A DNA stretch of 60,250 bases from Occultella glacieicola (GTDB lineage Bacteria > Actinomycetota > Actinomycetes > Actinomycetales > Beutenbergiaceae). The position numbers and the translations under genes are program-made. Under the pieces are notes generated by a model. That model saw nothing but the letters and a program-made list of their open reading frames with translations. It was not told the origin of the DNA and did no database searches. The DNA is taken from assembly GCF_004353825.1 (NCBI RefSeq), contig NZ_SMNA01000001.1:558001-618250 (forward strand), given 5' to 3'. This document shows, piece after piece, positions 1 through 5,936 of this stretch (position 1 is its first letter; each line of letters begins with the position of its first letter).

Positions 1-328
1 CGTACAGGCAGCCCTTCCCGGTGCTGTGCGGGCCGAGCTCGGCGAGCAGGTCCGTCGAGTTCACGGCCCCGTCCAGGTAGAGGGTGCTGGCCGCCTTGCG
101 CGGGGAGAATCCGATCTCGAACCAGTCGATCTCCCGCCCGCTCTCGTAGACCAGGTGCCGGTCCCCGAAACCGACGATGCTCGGTCCCCAGAGCACCGGC
201 TCGGCGCCGCTCGCCGAGCGCATGAGCCCGACGAGTCGCTCGGCGTCGGCACGCCGGACCTGATCGGGGATCGAGGCGATGAAGGCGTGCACGTCCCCCG
301 CACCAGGGCGGGTCTTCAACTCGGCCAT
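1..328 (-). CDS. DUF1801 (YdhG-like) domain protein, 3' end outside window
   Basis: Translated by hand from ATG at 328: MAELKTRPG...PVLWGPSIVGFG...WFEIGFSPRKAASTLYL...LGPHSTGKGCLY, typical of DUF1801 proteins; not in the ORF track because it runs off the edge. Confidence 0.8.
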   Translation of the reverse strand, partial: MAELKTRPGAGDVHAFIASIPDQVRRADAERLVGLMRSASGAEPVLWGPSIVGFGDRHLVYESGREIDWFEIGFSPRKAASTLYLDGAVNSTDLLAELGPHSTGKGCLY

Positions 329-428
329 GCCGCAGATCCTGCCACCGGGCGCCGACATCCGCGCGGGCTTGGTGGACAAGCAGGGCGGCCGGGCCCGTGG
401 CGGGGCCGACCGTCCTGAGGAACCGCGG

Positions 429-608
429 TCAGGCGTTCTCGTCGCCGACCTTGCCGTCCGCGAAGTCGCGCCCCTGCTGCACCTTGTCCGCGTACTTGCC
501 ACCGGTCTTGTCGTTGGCGAAGTCCGCGGCCCGGTCGAGGGCACTGTCCGTCCGTTCCTCGTTGCCGAGCAACTCGCCGGCCTTCTTCTTCAACTCGTCG
601 AAACCCAT
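429..608 (-). CDS. Small MT0933/Rv0909-like 'antitoxin' family protein
   Basis: MGFDELKKKAGELL...LDRAADFANDKTGGKYADKVQQG; the DKTGGKYADK motif is characteristic; GGAGG RBS upstream of ATG 608. Confidence 0.8.
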   Translation of the reverse strand: MGFDELKKKAGELLGNEERTDSALDRAADFANDKTGGKYADKVQQGRDFADGKVGDENA

Positions 609-759
609 CTGCATCCCTCCCGAACCCGAGCCGGGCGAGTGCCCGGTCAGGGCTGAGTCTCGACCAGGGCGGCTCGATCCGCACCCCGGATCGAGGCTCA
701 GGCTCGTGGTCGCCGGGTCCGGCGGACGGGACGACGTCGGTGTCCAGAGGCCACGGCAC

Positions 760-1974
760 TCACCTCCCCGCGAGTACCAGCCGGCTGGCCGAGCCGGAAC
801 CCGGGTCCGCCACGGCGGTCAGGGCGAGGGCGGTCCCGGCGATGCCCGAGAGCAGCCCGGGGCCGTCGTGGTCGCCCTGGTCGGGCGCGGCGGCTGGGCT
901 GGCACAGCGGGCCGCGAGGGCCTCATGCGCCAGGCCGACGGCGGCGCTGCGGTGGTCGGCGGAGTCCAGTTGGGTGGCGGTCGAGGCGAGCAGGTCCCAG
1001 GTTCCCGCGGCACCGTGGCCGAGGCTCAGGTCGGTGGTGGCGCGTGCGGCCCCGGTGGCCGAGCGTACGGCGGCATGCACGTCGGCGAGCAGGTTGTTCC
1101 TGGGGGTCGCCAGGGCCAGACCCTGATCGCGCAGGGCGAGCAGGCGCAGCCTGGTGAGCCCGATGCCGATGGGGCCGGTCCACGGGTCGTCGGAGGGTCG
1201 GCCATCGAGTGGCGCCGAGGCGATGCCGGGTCCCGCCCCGGGGGTGGCCCAGGTGTCGGTTTCGGGCACGAACCAGGCCGACTCCCAACGCAGTCCGCCG
1301 TCGATGAGGGGGACCAGGTCCGTCGCGAGCACCGGATAGCGGGCGGCCGCCTCGGCCAGGGCGAGGATGACGCCCGAGGTTCCGTGGACGAGCCCGGTCC
1401 GGGCGCGACCGTCGGTGCCGGGCCAACACACGGTCCCGGATGGCAGGCGCCGGGCGCCGGCGCGCAGGCGCCGGGTGGCGGCCGAGACGGCGGTGGCGGG
1501 AGCGTCACAGACGAGCAACCCGAGCAGGTGACCGGCCGTGCCGGAGGCGAGATCGTGCCGCCCCGGCGCGGTCCGCACGGCGCCCGCGGCACGGCGGGCC
1601 CGCTGCCGCAGCTCGGGGGAGTCGGCAGCCGTGCCGACCCGGTGGGCGGCGCAGGCAACACCGGCCAGCCCGGTGAGCAGGCCCGGGGCGCCGTCCCGGA
1701 TGGCACCTTCCAGGGCTCGGGTCGAGGCATCCACCGCGAGGTCGAGCAGGTCGGACCGGTCGAGCGTGCGGCCCAGCTCGGCCAGGGCCCAGGCGGTCCC
1801 GGCGTCGCCGTCGTCGACGGCGTGGGGTGAGGCGCCGCGGACGGTCCGGCCCCGTGGCGAGGACCGGTGCCAGGTGGGTCCGGAGCCGCCGCGCACCACA
1901 CCGGCGTGCAGTTCGTCGGCGAGACCCCGCGCGTACGCCAGGAGGTCCGGTTCGTCGAGCGCGGTCACAGCCAT
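760..1974 (-). CDS. LanC-like (lanthionine synthetase C-like) protein, zinc-ligand motifs degenerate
   Basis: Repeated GxxG helix-barrel motifs (DGDAG, GLLTGLAG, DLASGTAG, GLVHGTSG, SLGHGAAG, GLLSGIAG); start overlaps stop of the upstream HopA1-like gene. Confidence 0.75.
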   Translation of the reverse strand: MAVTALDEPDLLAYARGLADELHAGVVRGGSGPTWHRSSPRGRTVRGASPHAVDDGDAGTAWALAELGRTLDRSDLLDLAVDASTRALEGAIRDGAPGLLTGLAGVACAAHRVGTAADSPELRQRARRAAGAVRTAPGRHDLASGTAGHLLGLLVCDAPATAVSAATRRLRAGARRLPSGTVCWPGTDGRARTGLVHGTSGVILALAEAAARYPVLATDLVPLIDGGLRWESAWFVPETDTWATPGAGPGIASAPLDGRPSDDPWTGPIGIGLTRLRLLALRDQGLALATPRNNLLADVHAAVRSATGAARATTDLSLGHGAAGTWDLLASTATQLDSADHRSAAVGLAHEALAARCASPAAAPDQGDHDGPGLLSGIAGTALALTAVADPGSGSASRLVLAGR

Positions 1975-2897
1975 GGTTCGTCCCAATCTGCGCTGTCGCG
2001 GACCCGGTGTGGCCGGCGGAGGTCGATGCCCTCCCGGGCGAACGCGGTACGGGTCCGACGGATGAGTTCGGGGGTCGCCGGGAACGGGTCCTCCAGCAGC
2101 GTCCGAGCCAGGAGATGGCACCGGAGCTCACCGAACGTGGGCCCCGTGGCCGCGGACTGACCGACACCGACCCCTGGTCCGAGCCGCAGGGTCAGTGCCG
2201 GGGTGGCCGGCCGCAGCAGTGGCGCCAGGGCCTCCACGAGGTCACCGATCAGGCGGGTGCCGCGCATGAACGCCCCGACCGGGACCGTCAGGTGGGTGGC
2301 GTCCGGGCGCCCCGACGCCTCCCGGTCGGCCGGGGTCTCCAGGGCCCACGGTTCGTCCCAGGCCCCGATGCGGGCGGTGACGGCCCGCACCAGGTCGGGC
2401 AGGGTGTCCGCGGGAGCGTTCAGGTGGATCCGGAGCAGGTTCGTGCCCGAGCCCTGCAGGCGCGGCCCCCAGCCGGACCCCCAGGTGCGCCAGCGGTCGC
2501 CGACGGTCCGCGCCGCCAGTTCCCGCACCTCGACGGCATCGGTGGTCTCGACCTCGCGGCCGCCGGATTTGCCGAGGATGTTGGCGGCGACCGTGCTCCG
2601 GGGACGACCGGCGTCGGCCGGCTGCCACGCGTAGCCACCGGCCGCGGTGCGCCACCCGACCGAGGGACGCCACCGGTCGAATCCTGCGTGGGCGACGCGC
2701 AACAGCCCGGCCAGCGGGGGTTCGGCGGGGTCGGCGGCAGGCACCGGAGCGGCCGGCGCGTACCAGTCCCGCAGCAGGTGCTCGGTGAGCTCCGCGACGC
2801 CATGCACCCGGCCGAGGATGAGCATGCGCCGGACCATCGTGATGGCAGCCCCGAGCTCGTCGACGGCCGTGGTCGGTTCCACCATGGTGGTGCGCAT
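1965..2897 (-). CDS. HopA1-like (phosphothreonine lyase-related) family protein, apparently degenerate
   Basis: LLRIHLN...PWALET...GRPDATHL...PALTLRLGPGVGVG...TFGELRCHLLA...FAREGIDLRRPH resembles the HopA1 family found next to LanC genes. Confidence 0.65.
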   Translation of the reverse strand: MRTTMVEPTTAVDELGAAITMVRRMLILGRVHGVAELTEHLLRDWYAPAAPVPAADPAEPPLAGLLRVAHAGFDRWRPSVGWRTAAGGYAWQPADAGRPRSTVAANILGKSGGREVETTDAVEVRELAARTVGDRWRTWGSGWGPRLQGSGTNLLRIHLNAPADTLPDLVRAVTARIGAWDEPWALETPADREASGRPDATHLTVPVGAFMRGTRLIGDLVEALAPLLRPATPALTLRLGPGVGVGQSAATGPTFGELRCHLLARTLLEDPFPATPELIRRTRTAFAREGIDLRRPHRVRDSADWDEPWL

Positions 2898-2940
2898 CGG
2901 GGGCTCCCATCACGGCCCCGGAGTGGGGCCGGCACCTGGA

Positions 2941-2968
2941 GATGAGCGGCCGCGACGGTTCCTGATAC
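2941..2968 (-). promoter_or_regulatory. Putative ECF promoter for the HopA1-like/LanC-like operon (GTATCAG-N15-CTCATC)
   Basis: Minus strand reads GTATCAG (2968-2962), 15 nt, CTCATC (2946-2941); mirrored by a copy on the plus strand. Confidence 0.5.
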
Positions 2969-2999
2969 GTCGCGGCCGGCATCCGCCTCCGAACCGCGT

Positions 3000-3027
3000 G
3001 TATCAGACCCGACCGGAGCGCCTCCTC
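3000..3027 (+). promoter_or_regulatory. Putative ECF promoter for the S8-sigma-CHAT operon (GTATCAG-N15-CTCCTC)
   Basis: Plus strand GTATCAG (3000-3006), 15 nt, CTCCTC (3022-3027); same boxes and spacing as the divergent copy. Confidence 0.5.
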
Positions 3028-3152
3028 GTCAGCAGGTCCGGACCCGCACCGACCCTGGTCGGGCGCGAAGCGCCGCACTAGGCTCGAATCGCGCACGTCC
3101 CCGGAACGCATACCCGTCGCAGTACCCGTCGAGACAACAGGAGAACAAGGAC

Positions 3153-4802
3153 GTGAGTCAGAACATCCCAGGCGAGGCCGGTGTCCCCCTGGTGTCCGAA
3201 CCCCCGATCGGTCTGCCGAACGCGTCCTGGGAGCGCTACCGGGCCCGCGTCCTGGATCCCTCCACCGCGGTCCAGCGAGCGGGTGAGGCGGCCCTGCACC
3301 CGACCGTCTACTCGGTGGACTCGGTCCTGATCCGCGGTGCCGCCGTCGAGGGCGCCCTGAAGGCCCTCGGCAACGTCGCCCGGGAACTCGGCCTCGGCCT
3401 GGTCACCGACGACGAGGCGAGAGCCGAACGTGAGTACCTCGGCCGACCCGAGTTCGGGCCCGAGGTGCGCGGCCTGATCGAGGAGAACTGGGTGGAGAGC
3501 GCCCGGGTGGTCCGACTGGACCCCGCCGCCCCTGCCGAGCCCGTGGACGCGTGGCGCCTGGTGCAGGCCTACCGGGCCGCGACCGGGCGCGCCGACGAGG
3601 TGGCTCTCGACCACCTCGTGTTCTCCGCGACGGACATCGGCGGCACGCCCTACACGATCCCGCACGTCGCCGGTGGTGCGCCGCACGACATCTCCTCCAG
3701 CGGCGGCGGCACCCCGTACACGATCCCGCACAGCAACAACGGGCTCTCGACCTACGCCATGCCCGGTTCCGGCGGTCGCCAGCCGGTGGCCTGGCTCGGT
3801 CCCGAGCCTGCTCCACGCAACGACCCGACGGTGCACCGGCCCGTCGTGGCCGTGCTCGACACCGGGGTCGGCGAGCACCCCTGGCTCGGCTCGGACGTCG
3901 TCATCCGTGACCCCGAGGTCCTCGGCCTGCCCCTCGGCCTCCCGCGGCTCGTGCCGGACACCGAGGAGACCGGCACCGCGAACCCGCTCGTCGGCGGGCT
4001 CGAGGCCGACGCCGGTCACGGCACGTTCATCGCGGGGCTGATCCGCCAGCAGTCCGCGGACGCCCGGATCCTCTCGGTCCGGGTGTTCCGGGGCGACGGC
4101 GTGGTGGCCGAGTCCCAGCTGGTGCGCTCGCTGCGCCGGCTGGTGCTGTGGCAGGTGGTCGCGATGGCGTCCGGCGACCCGGACATGCCGCCCGTCGACG
4201 TGGTGTCCCTGTCGCTCGGGTACTACCACGAGCAGCCGGCGGACCTCGCCTTCGACCCACTCCTGTGGTTGCCGCTGAAGGCGCTCGGAGCCCTCGGCGT
4301 GACCGTCGTGGCGGCTTCGGGCAACGACGCCACCACGCGGGAGATGTTCCCCGCGGCGTTCGCCGACTACCCGGGGGGCCCCGCGCGGACCGCGCCGGAC
4401 GCGTTGGCGCTGCAGGCCGTCGGCGCCCTGAACCCGAACCGCACCACGGTGGCCCTCTTCTCGAACGAGGGACCGTGGGTGCGGCACCGCCGGGTCGGTG
4501 CCGGCCTGGTCAGCACGTTCCCGACCACGATCAACACGTCGCTGAACCCGGTCGCGTCGCTGGCCCACGAGGGCAGGACCCGGGCCACCATCGACCCCGA
4601 CGACTTCGCGTCCGGGTTCGCCACCTGGAGCGGCACGTCCTTCGCCGCCCCGGTGTTCGCCGGTGAGGTCGCGGCCGCCCTGGCCGAGCTGTACGCGGGC
4701 GGCGCCGACTCGGCGAAGGCGGCCGACGCCGTCGAGCGGGGTCGTAAGGCGCTCGCGAACCTGCCCGGCGCGAGCGCCACGGACGGCGGTGCTTCGCGAT
4801 GA
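3153..4802 (+). CDS. S8/S53 family subtilase, no signal peptide
   Basis: Catalytic triad motifs VAVLDTG, AGHGTFIAG and WSGTSFAAP; oxyanion AASGND; AGGAG/AAGGA upstream of GTG. Confidence 0.92.
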   Translation: MSQNIPGEAGVPLVSEPPIGLPNASWERYRARVLDPSTAVQRAGEAALHPTVYSVDSVLIRGAAVEGALKALGNVARELGLGLVTDDEARAEREYLGRPEFGPEVRGLIEENWVESARVVRLDPAAPAEPVDAWRLVQAYRAATGRADEVALDHLVFSATDIGGTPYTIPHVAGGAPHDISSSGGGTPYTIPHSNNGLSTYAMPGSGGRQPVAWLGPEPAPRNDPTVHRPVVAVLDTGVGEHPWLGSDVVIRDPEVLGLPLGLPRLVPDTEETGTANPLVGGLEADAGHGTFIAGLIRQQSADARILSVRVFRGDGVVAESQLVRSLRRLVLWQVVAMASGDPDMPPVDVVSLSLGYYHEQPADLAFDPLLWLPLKALGALGVTVVAASGNDATTREMFPAAFADYPGGPARTAPDALALQAVGALNPNRTTVALFSNEGPWVRHRRVGAGLVSTFPTTINTSLNPVASLAHEGRTRATIDPDDFASGFATWSGTSFAAPVFAGEVAAALAELYAGGADSAKAADAVERGRKALANLPGASATDGGASR

Positions 4803-5410
4803 TCGAGGCCAGCCCGGGCGAGACCCTCGTGGTCCGAGCCAGCGCGGCGTTCGAGCGGTTCCGTGGCGGTGACCGCGCCGCGTTCGACGACCTGGTCGGC
4901 ATGCTCACCCCGTTGCTGTGGCACACCTCGCGTGGGCAGGGCCTGGACCGCACCGAGGCAGAGGACGTGCTGCAGACGGTCTGGCTGAGCCTGGTCCGCA
5001 GCGCGGCGTCGGTGCGGGATCCGCGCACGGTCGTGAAGTGGCTGTTGGTGACCACCAAGCGGGAGTCGTGGCGGGTCTCCCGAGCGCGCGGCAACGAGCT
5101 GGCGCACACCTCGACGCCACGGGCGGACGCCGAGACGGACGAGCTCGACCGGGTCGCGGTGCCGGCCGAGGACCTGCCCGAGCATGTCGCCGTCCGCAAC
5201 GAACGCGACCTGCGGCTGTGGCACCACGTCCGGGAGCTCTCCGACCGATGCCGTGAGCTCCTGCGCGTGATCGCCTTCGCCGACCGGCCCGACTACGCCG
5301 CGATCGCCGAGGCGCTGGGCATGCCGGTCGGCAGTATCGGACCGACACGTGGCCGGTGCCTGGCCCGGCTGCGTGCGAAGCTCTCGACCGACCCGGGGTG
5401 GGTGTCATGA
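4799..5410 (+). CDS. ECF (sigma-70 group 4) RNA polymerase sigma factor
   Basis: Region 2 (AEDVLQTVWLSL...WLLVTTKRESWR) and region 4 (LSDRCRELL...YAAIAEALGMPVGSIGPTRGRCLARLR); ATGA overlap with S8 gene. Confidence 0.93.
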   Translation: MIEASPGETLVVRASAAFERFRGGDRAAFDDLVGMLTPLLWHTSRGQGLDRTEAEDVLQTVWLSLVRSAASVRDPRTVVKWLLVTTKRESWRVSRARGNELAHTSTPRADAETDELDRVAVPAEDLPEHVAVRNERDLRLWHHVRELSDRCRELLRVIAFADRPDYAAIAEALGMPVGSIGPTRGRCLARLRAKLSTDPGWVS

Positions 5411-5910
5411 CGGACAAGGAACGCTGGACCGCCGCGGAGGTGGCCTCGGCCGCCGAACCCCTCGACGACCGGGACGCGGCGATGCTCGCCGGACTGCGCC
5501 GGTTCTACGAGGAGCAGGACCCGGTCCCGGACGGGCTCGTGGACCGGCTCAAGTTCGCCGTCGCCCTGTCCGAGCTGATGACGGAGGTGGCCGAGCTCAC
5601 CCGGGTGCCCACCGTCGCAGCCGGGGTCCGCTCCGAGGTCGCGGTGACCCGCACCCACACCCTGACGTTCTCGGCCGAGTCCCTGACGGCGATGGTCACC
5701 GTGGGGCACAGCGGCACCAGCGCCCGCCTCGATGGGTGGATCGCCCCGCCGCGCGAGCTCGCGGTGCGCCTGCGGATGGACGGTCGCGAGCTGAGCACCC
5801 GCAGCGAACCGACCGGACGGTTCGTCTTCGACAACGTCCCCGAGGGCTTCGTGCAACTGGTCTTCGAGATCGGCACCACTACGGTGGTGACACCGCTCTT
5901 CGAACTGTAG
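5407..5910 (+). CDS. Soluble putative anti-sigma / carboxypeptidase-regulatory-like domain protein
   Basis: ATGA-coupled to the sigma gene; helical N-terminus (DPVPDGLVDRLKFAVAL) followed by a beta-rich domain (TLTFSAE...GRFVFDNVPEGFVQL...VVTPLFEL); no transmembrane segment. Confidence 0.7.
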   Translation: MTDKERWTAAEVASAAEPLDDRDAAMLAGLRRFYEEQDPVPDGLVDRLKFAVALSELMTEVAELTRVPTVAAGVRSEVAVTRTHTLTFSAESLTAMVTVGHSGTSARLDGWIAPPRELAVRLRMDGRELSTRSEPTGRFVFDNVPEGFVQLVFEIGTTTVVTPLFEL

Positions 5911-5936
5911 GAGCCGAACCCTCCGGAGGCCCGCAG

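Noticed and set aside
316..759. 147-aa minus-strand ORF directly after the LanC-like gene as a possible precursor
   Set aside because: Overlaps the well-supported 429-608 gene in another frame, is Arg/Pro-rich, and crosses a hairpin
760..3152. Complete class V lanthipeptide biosynthetic gene cluster
   Set aside because: No kinase, no free precursor peptide, no exporter, and degenerate catalytic motifs
5349..5936. N-terminal extension of the CHAT ORF (1059 aa in the track)
   Set aside because: Overlaps the sigma and 5407-5910 genes; a GGAGG RBS supports GTG at 5937
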